Assembly: GCA_965217895.1 (NCBI GenBank)
Contig: CBDCJV010000002.1
Span: forward strand, 128,001 to 192,000
DNA from: Waterburya sp.
Lineage (GTDB): Bacteria > Cyanobacteriota > Cyanobacteriia > Cyanobacteriales > Xenococcaceae
Direction of reading: 5' to 3'
Length of the DNA stretch: 64,000 nucleotides
Shown: positions 41,181 through 51,681 of the stretch, piece by piece
Layout of the letters: each line of letters begins with the position of its first letter
How positions within the stretch are numbered: the stretch's first letter is position 1
Notes under the pieces: model-generated
Seen by the model: the letters and a program-made list of their open reading frames with translations, nothing else
Told to the model about the DNA's origin: nothing
Databases searched by the model: none
Translations under genes and position numbers: made by a program

Positions 41181-42279
41181 ACCTGAGTTCGGGTTAGGCA
41201 GATTGAGGTAAAAGCCAATCAAGACGCAGACTAGGTTTTTTTGGTTGATGACAATAAGCGATTAATCCACAGAGAACATTGACGCAAAAATTGACTGGCG
41301 ATGCCTTCGGCTAGCTTCGCAATCGATGACGAGAATGTTCGATCTGAGAAATATTTTTCAGTTGGTCATTAATAGTTTCAATAATAGAGCGTTGACGGGA
41401 AAGAAGTTTGTCATGAAGACGCATCAGCTTGTTCTTCGTGTTACGCCGAGGTTTAGCAAAAAACTGAATCCCAAATTCTTCTAGTAATTGATTAGCGAGC
41501 TTTTGGGAGACATAGCCACGAGCTGCGAAAAATTTACCAAAAAGACCTTTGAGTAATAGATGCGGACAAGTCCTTTCTGGAATAGGGCGACGATCATCTA
41601 CATTGCCAGGAGTTAATTGAGCATTTAATAATTGACCAACTTCATTAACAATTAGATGAAGTTTGAAACCAAAAAACCAATCGACTGATGTTTTGCCACG
41701 AGCAGCTAAACCGTCAAAGACTTTATGCCGTTTGATTCGGCGATTGTGACGGTGGGGAAACCCCAGCATACCCCACCGTCACAATCGCCGTGTTGACAAA
41801 CTTTGAGGCTAGTCGCATCAACAAAGCCAATACCTGTCGGGCTTCCAAAACAATGTTTGAGATAGACACATAAGGGAACGAGAGTTGAAGGAGTCCATTC
41901 GACAAACCTTTGATAGCTAGGAAGTCCTGGAAAAGCCGTATTCCAATGCTGTTTTACATAGTCGAGATAGAAATGCTTGAAATTGCGAGTCAGCGCGTTG
42001 CGGGTCTGTGACCCGTTGTAGCGACTGATGAGGGTACGATAATGATTCTGATGAAAGGCAATTAAAATTGTCATAATCTCGCTCAGACAGAGACTTTTTG
42101 CCCTAACTCTTTTAATTCCTCCATGATGTAACAATCTTGCTTTCCATTGAGGCTCAAAATGATGACAAAAATCATCTACATCACAAAACAAAGCGTCTAG
42201 ACTAAACATAGGGCAGGTTACTGAATTTGTTGCTATTTTCAGCTTACTACCTGTCCCTTTCCTTATCCCGAACTCAGGT
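41181..42279 (-). mobile_element. IS982-family element, copy 1 (degenerate transposase)
   Basis: TIRs ACCTGAGTTCGGG / CCCGAACTCAGGT and a 6-bp TSD TAAATA (41175-41180, 42280-42285). The transposase [15 protein letters not shown] is frameshifted, and the catalytic DRGY reads ARGY. Confidence 0.92.
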
Positions 42280-42317
42280 TAAATACTTTAAAACTCGCTC
42301 TAATACTTACGTTGATG

Positions 42318-43231
42318 CTACTTTAATTCGATGTCTACCCCAGGTAAATCATCTAATCGTTCCTCAGCTTGAACTTCTTCTTCCAGAGGAACAAAAACGC
42401 TCAAACTCCCAGGAATACATCTCACTTCAATTGGTGGTTTTGCCAATAATTTCCCCATCTAAAACCACTCTTTGAGGAGGATCTGTAGTCACTTTTACCC
42501 ATTCAGAACGCAGATAGCCTACACCTTCTCTTTCTGCTGCCTCTTCATTAGCAGCACTTTGCAATAAATGAAGGGAAGTGGCGATCGCTCCTGCTTTTGT
42601 TTGAGGAGCAAGAATTGTAATGTCTAATAGTCCATCATCAAAAATGACTTTTGCTGTACCCTGAGCCAATACTGAAGAAGGAGGCGCAGCATTAGCAATG
42701 GTAACGGCACTAGCATCAACCGTAATCACCTTATCTTCCGTTTCAATTTCGGCGGTAAATGTCTTGAAATCCTGTAATTGTTTTAAGCCAGATAAGATAT
42801 ATGCCAGCATACCAAAGCGATCCTTAGCCTCGCGATCGGCATCCTTTACTGTTTCGGCTTCAAAGCCAATTCCTGCTAGCAAAATCATCGGTTTATCGTT
42901 ACACATTGCTGCATCAATAGTAGTGGGAATGCCGATCGCATTGGCAAAAGCATTAGCTGTTCCTCTAGATATGATACCTAAGGTAATATCTGTTTCAATT
43001 AAAGCTTCAGTGACCGCAGAAACCGTACCATCACCACCAGAGGCAATAATTACTTGAGCATTGTTTTTAACCGCTTGACGGGCTAGTTTTCCTGCATCAA
43101 CTTCTTTGCTAGTAAATTGGATGTCTAAAGTCATCTCTGGCTCTAAACAGGCTTTAATTGTGGCTAAGTCTTGTTCTGAATCTCTTTGACCAGAAACAGG
43201 ATTAAAAATTTAGACAGGCTGTACGACTCAT
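42318..43231 (-). pseudogene. YegS/BmrU diacylglycerol-kinase-family lipid kinase pseudogene
   Basis: MSRTACL-(frameshift)-FNPVSG, GGDGTV, GTANAFA and DGE motifs. A second frameshift near 42435 detaches the tail PIEVRCIPGSL...IELK*. There is an apparent internal deletion at TIDAAMCND. Confidence 0.82.
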
Positions 43232-43515
43232 ATTGTTGATTTTGGATGTTGCCAAAGTATGTAACTATCGATCATAAATTAATCTGAAGAAACTTAATTC
43301 TCTCTTTTTAGGTAAGTGCAATGAGAGTTGTGTAGCAAAAAACAGAAAAGAAAAGGCGTTTAAATACCCATCCTACTAGCTTACTAGTTTTGTATCTTTA
43401 TAATCTTAAGCTGTTCAACACTATCTTAAGGATGATGAATTTAAACTAAGTTTGTGTTGTTATTGAGGCAATGGTGGTCTAAGTCTAAAATTTCGTCGTT
43501 CAATTTAGTAAAAAA

Positions 43516-43848
43516 ATGAATATGAAAGATATATCACAAGGAAGTAAGAAGCTAATGAATCAAGTTACTAACGCCGTAGAAAAAACAGGAAAAAAAGTCG
43601 CCAACCAAGTTTCTAATATTGCCGATGGCAAGGCAGAAGAGATAACTGAAGAGGCAATTCAAGCTGCGGTCGATCAGGCTTTAGACGTGCTGCAAGTTGC
43701 TGGTCAAAGAGTAAGAGAAAAGAATATAAACGGCGAAAGAGTAACTTTGGAAGTTGGTGTTGGTGTCGTTAATGTAGTTCATCTAAAAATAACTACTGAT
43801 GTACCAGGAAAGGATGGCGTTGAAGAAGTTAGTACCGAACTAAATTAA
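43516..43848 (+). CDS. Hypothetical protein
   Basis: 110-aa ORF, amphipathic helical. Confidence 0.65.
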   Translation: MNMKDISQGSKKLMNQVTNAVEKTGKKVANQVSNIADGKAEEITEEAIQAAVDQALDVLQVAGQRVREKNINGERVTLEVGVGVVNVVHLKITTDVPGKDGVEEVSTELN

Positions 43849-44059
43849 TAAACAGAAGCCTTAAGGCATTTATCGCTATGATAAATGCTATATTATTACC
43901 GCAAATGACTTTGTAAAAATAGAAGCTTAATAACTCAATGTCAAAATGTTTTATTGTTAGGCGGTTCAAGTACGTTAACGTTGACTAGAGGTGTAACATT
44001 AAAATTTTTTCGTATTAAGTAATTTTAAATTTTGTTCAAAAAGCGATCGCTTTTTGAAC

Positions 44060-44215
44060 GGCGCATTCGCAAGGGGCTGTGGGCAGAAAGGCGTAAGTTT
44101 GCGAGACAAAACCGTTGCGGGGTTTCACCCCGTTGAGGTTATTGTCGAGGTTGCCGCATCTACCTGCGTCTGCCCTTTATAAGCCCTGCGCCAGCGATGC
44201 GGAGCAAGTCCTTAA
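44060..44215. repeat. GC-rich nested small dispersed repeat cluster
   Basis: Contains a 44-nt hairpin element at 44103-44146 and GATGCGGAGCAAGTCCT, which resembles an insert in IS copy 1. Confidence 0.6.
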
Positions 44216-44317
44216 TCCTTATCTCTCATTCCTCATGCTTTAAAATTAGAGTATATTCAAAAAACACAATATATCAATCTAGTTATGTACGAGCATCTAT
44301 TCTAGATTTCTGAACAA

Positions 44318-45382
44318 TTGCTCATGAAAAGCAACTGCTATAAAAGACCGAATTCATTTGCTGAAGCAGTTCAGCTAGTGGAAAATTATGTTAAAGAAGA
44401 AATTGTCAAAGAGACAGAAAACAAGCAGCTTTTTTATCATACTCTTGACCATGCCTTAGCTGTTAAACGTCGAGCTAACCGTATTTTTGAGGCAATTGAG
44501 CCGACTCTAAAACAGAGTAAAACTGCTGATGAATTGGCAAGGTTAAAAAGCTTAATGGATCTAAGCGCGATCGCTCATGATATGGTACAAGTTTTTGTGA
44601 CTAACCAAGAAAAGCTTGAGCCTCGCAGACATCTAGTAGGAGTTAGCGAAACTGCTACTGCTGACAAGCTGATTGAATATATCCAAAATTTAAATCGCCA
44701 ATTAAGCAGCTATGAACTTGATGCCTCATTTCTTTTTAAGGATACAGATATAGATATTGTTCGAGATGCAATTCTAGCCACAATTTGCGATCTCGATCCT
44801 CAAGCGGGGAAAGCTAACTATAGTTTTTCTCCTTATTCAATCTATCAGCCTTATCTTTACGATTCTAAGCCAAAAATTTCTATTATTAGTAGCATAATTG
44901 CCTTGGCAGATCTTGGAACATTGGCTATGGATGGAATTAAGCCATATATCCAGGATGGAATTTTGATTTTTATAGAAGAGAATCTTGAGCTCAAAGATCT
45001 GATCTTAAATGGTGAGATTACAGCTTATTTGCCAAGTCATCATCCTCAAGGCAATAATAAAATCGATCTCAAAGTTCATGGTCTAAATAATCCGACAAAA
45101 CTTGAACTTAATTGCCTCGAGCTAGACTGCGATTTGATTAAGAACAGGTTAATCACTATGACTCAATTTATGGTTAATTTAGCCAGGGAAAGATTCGCTA
45201 GACTAGAGTTAGAAATTGCTGGATTTACGCCTCAAGCTCGCCAGATTTTAACCCAGACAATTTTCACTTATCTGAATCCAGAAAATATTAAGAAAATTGA
45301 AATGATAGTGCCGACTGATGAAGAAACTAGTTTGTCTGAATTGATCGATTTTTTCCATTTATATTTGAATGAAAATATTTAA
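44318..45382 (+). CDS. Hypothetical protein with HD-domain-like motifs
   Basis: YHTLDH ... AIAHD ... LADLG spacing is typical of HD metal-dependent phosphohydrolases. Confidence 0.6.
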   Translation: MLMKSNCYKRPNSFAEAVQLVENYVKEEIVKETENKQLFYHTLDHALAVKRRANRIFEAIEPTLKQSKTADELARLKSLMDLSAIAHDMVQVFVTNQEKLEPRRHLVGVSETATADKLIEYIQNLNRQLSSYELDASFLFKDTDIDIVRDAILATICDLDPQAGKANYSFSPYSIYQPYLYDSKPKISIISSIIALADLGTLAMDGIKPYIQDGILIFIEENLELKDLILNGEITAYLPSHHPQGNNKIDLKVHGLNNPTKLELNCLELDCDLIKNRLITMTQFMVNLARERFARLELEIAGFTPQARQILTQTIFTYLNPENIKKIEMIVPTDEETSLSELIDFFHLYLNENI

Positions 45383-45433
45383 ACCTTGGCGATCGCCAGT
45401 AACAATAAACATTAAAGACTTGAGTAAAGATCG

Positions 45434-45850
45434 GTGTTAAAAATTTCCGAGCAAATTGCTATTCCCGACAACGAAATAGAGATCAAGGCGGTTCGCTCTC
45501 AAGGTGCGGGTGGTCAGAATGTTAACAAAGTTTCAACTGCTATACATCTGCGTTTCGACATCAAAGCATCTTCACTTTCTTATTTGCACAAGGATAAGCT
45601 TTTAAGACTAAAAGAGTCTAGAATCTCGAAAGATGGGGTAATTGTAATTAAAGCACAACAATTTCGTACCCAGCAGCAAAACAAAGAAGATGCTCTTCAG
45701 CGACTCAAACAAATTATCAAAAGTGCATCAATTCGTAATAAAAAAAGAATATCAACTAAACCAACTAAAGGAGCTAAAAGAAAGCGATTAGAGCGCAAAA
45801 CCAAACGAAGTCAATTAAAAGCACTAAGAAAAAAGGTTGACTATGATTAG
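45434..45850 (+). CDS. arfB: Alternative ribosome rescue factor ArfB (YaeJ)
   Basis: RSQGAGGQNVNKVST motif and a basic C-terminal tail. Confidence 0.93.
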   Translation: MLKISEQIAIPDNEIEIKAVRSQGAGGQNVNKVSTAIHLRFDIKASSLSYLHKDKLLRLKESRISKDGVIVIKAQQFRTQQQNKEDALQRLKQIIKSASIRNKKRISTKPTKGAKRKRLERKTKRSQLKALRKKVDYD

Positions 45851-46073
45851 CTTTGGAAAACAGTGAGATGGTCACGAATAATCTCTTGATGCGAGTACAG
45901 GCGGAAGTGCGCCTTTTTGTTGCTAGGGCAGCGTAGTTACGGCTAAAGCCTTACTTTAATTGTAGAAAAAGTAAGACTAAACAATTTAACTATTTTCGCC
46001 GTCTCTAGTTAGAAGCTGCAATATTATCAAGCTATGATTATATTAATTTCGCTATCTTCATGTTCGATCGCCC

Positions 46074-46517
46074 TTACCATAACTCCTGTATATTACCTAA
46101 TCTGCGAATGCCTTCTATTAGCTGTATCTCTGTTAGATTTGAGTAGCCAAAAATAAACTCTTTGTTCGTAGTAGTTTGAAGATAATAGGGTTTGAGACTA
46201 ATTATTCCCACACCTATTTTACTAGCAGCTTGAATAATCTCTTCTTCACTGGATTTAGTATGTAGTCGCACTATCAAATGAATTCCTGCATTTTCGCCTA
46301 AAATTGTGGCTCGTTCTCCCAAATATTTATTGATCGCTTCTACTAAAACTTGACGACGGCAGTTATAAAAGCGACGTATGCGCCGAATATGCCGTTCAAA
46401 ATGTCCCTCGGTAATAAAATCAGTCAGAGCATACTGTTCTAATAAAGGAGTAAAGCGATCGCACAACCATCTAGCCTGACAAACAATCGGTACTAATGCA
46501 GGTGGGACTACTAAATA
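46074..46517 (-). pseudogene. C-terminal fragment of a MocR/GntR PLP-dependent regulator, truncated by the IS
   Basis: YLVVPPALV...EQYAL.DFI.EG.FERHIRR..R.Y..RR, AGIHL and FGYS motifs; the frame begins exactly at the IS end. Confidence 0.82.
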
Positions 46518-47598
46518 ACCTGAGTTCGGGATAAGAAAAAGGACAGGTAGTAAGCTGAAAATAACAACTTTCTTCAGTAAACCTGCCCTATGTTTAGTTT
46601 AGATGCTTTATTTTGTGATGTAGACGATTTTTGTCTTGTTTTTGAACCTGAATGGCAAAAGAAGTTGCTAAGTCATGGCGGAATAAAAAGACGCAGAGCG
46701 AAAAACCTCTGTTTGAGTGAAATAATGACGATTTTAATTGCGTTTCATCAAAATCACTATCGCAATTTTAAACACTTTTATCTTGACTATGTAAAACAGC
46801 ATTGGCATTTGGCTTTTCCAGGACTTCCTAGCTATCAAAGATTTGTGGAATGGACTCCTTCAACTTTAATTCCGTTGTGTGTCTACCTCAAACGTTGTTT
46901 TGGAAACTGTACAGGGATTGGTTTTGTTGATGCTACTAGTCTCAAAGTTTGTCAACACGGTGGTTGTATAAGCTGGGGAAACCCCAGCATACCCCACCGT
47001 CACAATCGCCGAATTAAACGCCACAAAGTTTTTGATGGTTTAGCTCAAAGAGGTAAAACTTCGGTTGATTGGTTTTGCGGTGCGACCCCGCTGGGGTTTC
47101 CCCAGCATGGGAACGCGCACCAAGATGGTTTTAAGCTCCACTTAGTAGTCAACGAGATCGGTCAACTGTTAAATGCTCAACTTACTCCTGGAAACTTTGA
47201 TGATCGTCGTCCTATTCCTGACTTGCTTCAAGGTCTTTTTGGTAAATTTTTTGCAGACAGAGGCTATGTCTCCCAAAAGCTTGCTAATCAATTGCTCGAA
47301 GAGTTTGGGATTCAGTTTTTTGCTAAACCCAGACGTAATATGAAGAATAAATTAATGCGACTTCATGACAAACTTCTATCCCGCCACCGATCAATTATTG
47401 AGACAATTAATGACCAACTCAAAAATATTTCTCAAATCGAACATTCTCGCCATCGATTGCGAAGCTAGCCGAAGGCATCGCCAGTAAATTTTTGCGTTAA
47501 TGTTCTTTGTGGATTAATCGCTTATTGTCATCAACCTAAAAAGCCTAGTCTCCGCCTTGATTGGCTTTTGCCTCAATCTGCTTAACCCGAACTCAGGT
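46518..47598 (+). mobile_element. IS982-family element, copy 2
   Basis: Same TIRs as copy 1. The transposase at 46590-47468 ends at a TAG inside a 21-nt insertion. Flanks (TAAATA / TACTTA) do not form a TSD. Confidence 0.92.
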
Positions 47599-47645
47599 TA
47601 CTTACTACTTACGAGCAATTAGCTTTTCTGCCCCAACCGATTAAC

Positions 47646-48581
47646 TTAGTGCGATACAGGTTCGGTACTGCCAAAGCTGATGTCGTCTTCTTCGTAATCT
47701 GGTGGTTCAACGTGGATCACCACTCGTACTTGACCAAAACGTTTTTCTAAGTGTTCTTCTATTGTTTCTGTAATTTGGTGAGCAGCGATAATATCGTTAG
47801 TATCAACGACTAAGTGCATTTCAATAAATACCTGTCTACCTAGCATTCCTCGCGAAGCAATCTCATGACAGTTAAGTACTCCTGAAACTTGCATTACAGT
47901 ATCATGGATGGCTTCAGGAGCGATCGCCATTTCATCAACCAGCCAGGGTAAATTTTCTTTAATTACTTCCCAACCGCTATAAAATACCAATAAAGCTACA
48001 GGAAAAGCGAGAATTACATCGAGCCATTCTAGTTTAGGGATATTGAGATTTTTTGCTTGCCATACTCCCACTAATCCAGCAATCACAATTATTGTGACCC
48101 AAATATCGCTCATGGTATGCTTGGCATCAGCAATTAAAATGGGGCTATTAACTTTTCTGCCTATATTGCGCTCGTAAAAGGCGACAAAGATATTAACCCC
48201 TAAAACAAGCAACAAGAGCCATAGCTCAGTCGAAGTTACTTTGATTGCTGCATTTTCAGTATTTAAGAAGATTTTCTCTACAGCCCCACGTAAAATTTCA
48301 AAACAGGCAATTCCTAAAAAAGCGGCAATTCCCAATGCGCCTACCGCCTCAAACTTTTGATGCCCGTAGGGATGTTCTCGATCTGGTTTGGGAGAAGAAA
48401 AACGATTGGCGATCAAACCCAAAATGTTGTTGACACTATCGGTGATACTGTGCAACGCATCTGCCTGTAGACTCAATGAACCAGAGGCAATACCTAAAGT
48501 CAACTTGAGAGCCATGACAAACAAGTTTAAAAGTAATGTTAACCAAAGGACTTTGCGAACTTGAGAACGATTGTCTTGCAT
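47646..48581 (-). CDS. Cation diffusion facilitator (CDF) transporter
   Basis: ADALHS.TD, PD.EHPYGH.K.E, ADAKHT.SD and IHVEP motifs. Confidence 0.93.
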   Translation of the reverse strand: MQDNRSQVRKVLWLTLLLNLFVMALKLTLGIASGSLSLQADALHSITDSVNNILGLIANRFSSPKPDREHPYGHQKFEAVGALGIAAFLGIACFEILRGAVEKIFLNTENAAIKVTSTELWLLLLVLGVNIFVAFYERNIGRKVNSPILIADAKHTMSDIWVTIIVIAGLVGVWQAKNLNIPKLEWLDVILAFPVALLVFYSGWEVIKENLPWLVDEMAIAPEAIHDTVMQVSGVLNCHEIASRGMLGRQVFIEMHLVVDTNDIIAAHQITETIEEHLEKRFGQVRVVIHVEPPDYEEDDISFGSTEPVSH

Positions 48582-48787
48582 TATTTAAGAACAGAAAAGC
48601 AACCAGATACTTGCTTTATAATCATAATCCGAAACATATCTATAGTCGCGATATGTTAATGCTTGTAGACAAAGTTCATTGTTTATCAACAAAGAGTTAG
48701 TAGTTCTTAGTCTGTCGTTTGTAGTCGGATATAAACTACCAACTACTTACCACTAACGACGAACTTTGTCTGTTGTCGAACTATCCC

Positions 48788-49432
48788 TTAATCTTTGGGC
48801 AATAGTCTTTCTTGTCCGTATTCCCAAACAAAGTAGGCAACAAGAATAGCAATTACCAATAGCAGCGCAGCAACTCCAGCTTGAGCAGCCCAGGTAATGA
48901 TCTGCTCTAAAGAAACAACTCGTCCCAGGAAAAAAGCCAGGGTGACAATGGTAGTTGACCACAACGCAGCACCACCCAAATTACAGAGCAAAAATTGTTT
49001 ATAGGGCATTTTGGTAATTCCTGCCAAAGGTCCTGCAAAAATTCTCAACAAAGTAACAAAACGTCCAAAAAAGACAGCCTGAGCAGCATTTTTACTGTAG
49101 CGATCTTTTACCAGTTCTAGCTGCTGTTCTTGGATTCTGAAAATGCTGCCAATTTTAACTATAAGCTGCCAGCCGCCAATTCTGCCAACCCAATAACCAA
49201 AATTATCGCCTAAAACTGCTCCAGCGATCGCACTACCCAAAACCATTCCATAATTCAATTCATTGCTGCCAGCTAAAAAACCGCCAACTATGACGACGGT
49301 TTCTCCAGGTAGGGGAATACCCATATTCTCTAGAGCAATGCCAATAAACACTGCCCAATAACCGTAGAGGTGAGCAATTTCTTGTATAGTTTCTAATGTA
49401 AATAGCTCGATTGACATTCCACGGCTTAACAA
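48788..49432 (-). CDS. DedA family protein
   Basis: LEN.GIPLPGE, GDN.GYW.GR and GRFV..LR motifs. Confidence 0.92.
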   Translation of the reverse strand: MLSRGMSIELFTLETIQEIAHLYGYWAVFIGIALENMGIPLPGETVVIVGGFLAGSNELNYGMVLGSAIAGAVLGDNFGYWVGRIGGWQLIVKIGSIFRIQEQQLELVKDRYSKNAAQAVFFGRFVTLLRIFAGPLAGITKMPYKQFLLCNLGGAALWSTTIVTLAFFLGRVVSLEQIITWAAQAGVAALLLVIAILVAYFVWEYGQERLLPKD

Positions 49433-49507
49433 AGATTAACGCTATTACCCATACTGACGTAAATTAACCAATAGTGTCAACGTCAGAATGGGAGAACTAG
49501 TCAGGAA

Positions 49508-49756
49508 TTAAGTGGGAACAGCTTCTCCTGGACGTAGTTTTGACCATTTACCAGATTCTTCTACAAAGCTTTGACAGCCAACTACATCCCACTCCATTTC
49601 AATAATTTCGTCTTGGGTACGAATGTTGACGTTAATCGTCGGTTCAACAGGTTCAAAGGTTGGATTTTCGGTTAAATGGGCTTGTTGGTGTTGAGTTTCT
49701 ACTGCATTGTAGGTTTGGCAGTTATCAACATATTGGCAGTTGATACAGATACACAT
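49508..49756 (-). CDS. ycf34: Ycf34 family Fe-S protein
   Basis: MCICINC.YVD.C.TY.AVE.QH and EWDVVGC motifs. Confidence 0.9.
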   Translation of the reverse strand: MCICINCQYVDNCQTYNAVETQHQQAHLTENPTFEPVEPTINVNIRTQDEIIEMEWDVVGCQSFVEESGKWSKLRPGEAVPT

Positions 49757-49840
49757 AATTTTTTAATTGAACTTCATGCTTTAATTGTTAATCTAGCTCA
49801 GATAACAGTACATAGTCACGATAAATTTAAATAAATTTAA

Positions 49841-51061
49841 ATGGTTGTAGAACAACTCAAGTCATATTTAAATAGGGTAAATTTCCCCTGTGACTTGAAT
49901 CAACTACCAGCAAACGCCTATTTAGTTGGGGGTTCGGTAAGGGATGCTTTACTAGAGCGTTATAAAACCCCGATAGATTTAGATTTTGTTTTACCCGCCA
50001 AGACAATTGAAACTGCTCAAGAAATTGCCAACTCCTATCATGGTGGCTTTGTGGTTTTAGATGCAGCTAGGGAAATAGCCAGAGTTGTTTTCCCTCAAGG
50101 AACTTTAGATTTTGCTCGTCAAGAGGGAAGCTTAGAAACAGATCTTAAAAGACGGGATTTTACGATTAATGCGATCGCTTTCAACCTGAAATCTCAACAG
50201 TTAGTCGATCCCTTGGGAGGCATAGCAGATCTCCAACAGGGAATCATCAGAATGGTTTCAGCTAGTAATCTAGAAGACGATCCCTTAAGACTATTACGGG
50301 CATATCGACAGGCAGCACAGCTAGACTTTAGCATTGAGGGTGATACGAGGCGAGCAATTGGCGATCGCACTTCTCTATTAAAGACTATTGCAGCCGAAAG
50401 AGTTCAAGCTGAATTAAATTATCTTTTTACTGCACCCCAAGGAAACAAATGGTTAGCAGCAGCAGATGATTTATTACAGTTTTGGCTACCTAGCATTAAG
50501 CTAGGAAAAATCGAGCAGCTAGAGACAGTAGAAGCTGCGCTTGAGGTTTGCCTTGATTCTGGTTTAAATCTGCCTGAATTGAACATTTTAGCCAAGCTGG
50601 CAACCTTAGTGTCTACAAATGCAACTAACGCTGAAGCTGAATTAATCCAGCTAAAATATTCCCGCAACCAGATCAAAGCCGTAACAAAAACCGTGCAGCA
50701 TTTACCCCAACTGCAAACTATGACAAGCTTAATGAGCTTGAGGGAACAGTATTTTTGGTTTTTAGCAGTCAAAGACTTTTTTCCTTTATTGGCAGTTAGA
50801 GCGATCACCACAGGAGTATCTTCAGTAATTATAGACCCCTTAATCGAGCGTTATTTAAACCCTAATGATCCTGTCGCCCATCCCCAACCCTTAATTACAG
50901 GCAACGATCTAATTCGTGAGTTTGAGCTTAAACCTTCTCCCCTAATTGGGACAATACTGACAGAAGTTCAAGTTGCCCAAATTGAATCAAAAATATCTAC
51001 ACCTCAGCAGGCTTTAAACTTTGCCAACTCGTTATTAAAATCAAATAAGCAAAAAACGTAA
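49841..51061 (+). CDS. CCA/CC-adding tRNA nucleotidyltransferase
   Basis: YLVGGSVRD, DLD, DL.RRDFTINAIA and DDPLRLLR motifs. Confidence 0.9.
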   Translation: MVVEQLKSYLNRVNFPCDLNQLPANAYLVGGSVRDALLERYKTPIDLDFVLPAKTIETAQEIANSYHGGFVVLDAAREIARVVFPQGTLDFARQEGSLETDLKRRDFTINAIAFNLKSQQLVDPLGGIADLQQGIIRMVSASNLEDDPLRLLRAYRQAAQLDFSIEGDTRRAIGDRTSLLKTIAAERVQAELNYLFTAPQGNKWLAAADDLLQFWLPSIKLGKIEQLETVEAALEVCLDSGLNLPELNILAKLATLVSTNATNAEAELIQLKYSRNQIKAVTKTVQHLPQLQTMTSLMSLREQYFWFLAVKDFFPLLAVRAITTGVSSVIIDPLIERYLNPNDPVAHPQPLITGNDLIREFELKPSPLIGTILTEVQVAQIESKISTPQQALNFANSLLKSNKQKT

Positions 51062-51070
51062 GCAAAATTA

Positions 51071-51363
51071 TCAGCCAGCAAATCTGTTGCTTTTGCCTTT
51101 ATTACAGTCGCTACAAAGTGTTTGTAAATTACTCATAGCGTTGCTACCACCTTTAGAGAAAGGAATAATGTGATCTACTTCTAGTTCCGCTTTCTTAACT
51201 GATATGCCACAAAATAGGCAACGATAATTGTCTCTTCTCAATACATCAACGCGAGTTATAGCGGAAATATAACGCGATCGCTTTTGGGTATTTTGTATTT
51301 TCTTCTTCGTTATTTTTTTTTGGCGTTTAGATTGAGGAGATGAAGCGATTAATATTTGAGACA
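51071..51363 (-). pseudogene. HNH endonuclease domain lacking a canonical start (not in the ORF track)
   Basis: The minus strand reads ...RSRYISAITRVDVLRRDNYRCLFCGISVKKAELEVDHIIPFSKGGSNAMSNLQTLCSDCNKGKSNRFAG*. An in-frame TAG lies just upstream of 51363. Confidence 0.8.
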
Positions 51364-51435
51364 GCTATTAAGAAATGGCGTTTTGATAATGCTAAAATAA
51401 AGTACATACAAAGTAATTACTTAAACTGGCTAACA

Positions 51436-51681
51436 ATGAAGATTGACATTATCAAAATTGGCAATTCTCAGGGAATCCGTATTCCCAAAACAATTATTGA
51501 ACAATGTAAATTTCGAGATTCAGTAGAAATGGAAATAAAAGACGGGAATTTGGTTTTAAGTTCTCATCGAGTCAGAGAAGGATGGTCTAATTCTTTTCAG
51601 ACTATGGCAGCCAATAAAGATGATGAACTATTAATTGACGAGACTATTTCCACAGAATACGACCAAGAATGGGAATGGTAA
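51436..51681 (+). CDS. mazE: MazE/AbrB family antitoxin
   Basis: MKIDIIKIGNSQGIRIPK AbrB motif; the true start is probably ATG 51436 rather than 51340. Confidence 0.9.
   Translation: MKIDIIKIGNSQGIRIPKTIIEQCKFRDSVEMEIKDGNLVLSSHRVREGWSNSFQTMAANKDDELLIDETISTEYDQEWEW

Noticed and set aside
51071..51363. HNH remnant as the missing ZorE
   Set aside because: It is over 21 kb away, much shorter than ZorE and truncated, and ZorC-containing systems are not typically paired with ZorE.
51340..51435. N-terminal extension of MazE in the ORF track
   Set aside because: The AbrB fold starts at ATG 51436. The extension overlaps the HNH remnant and the likely promoter/operator.
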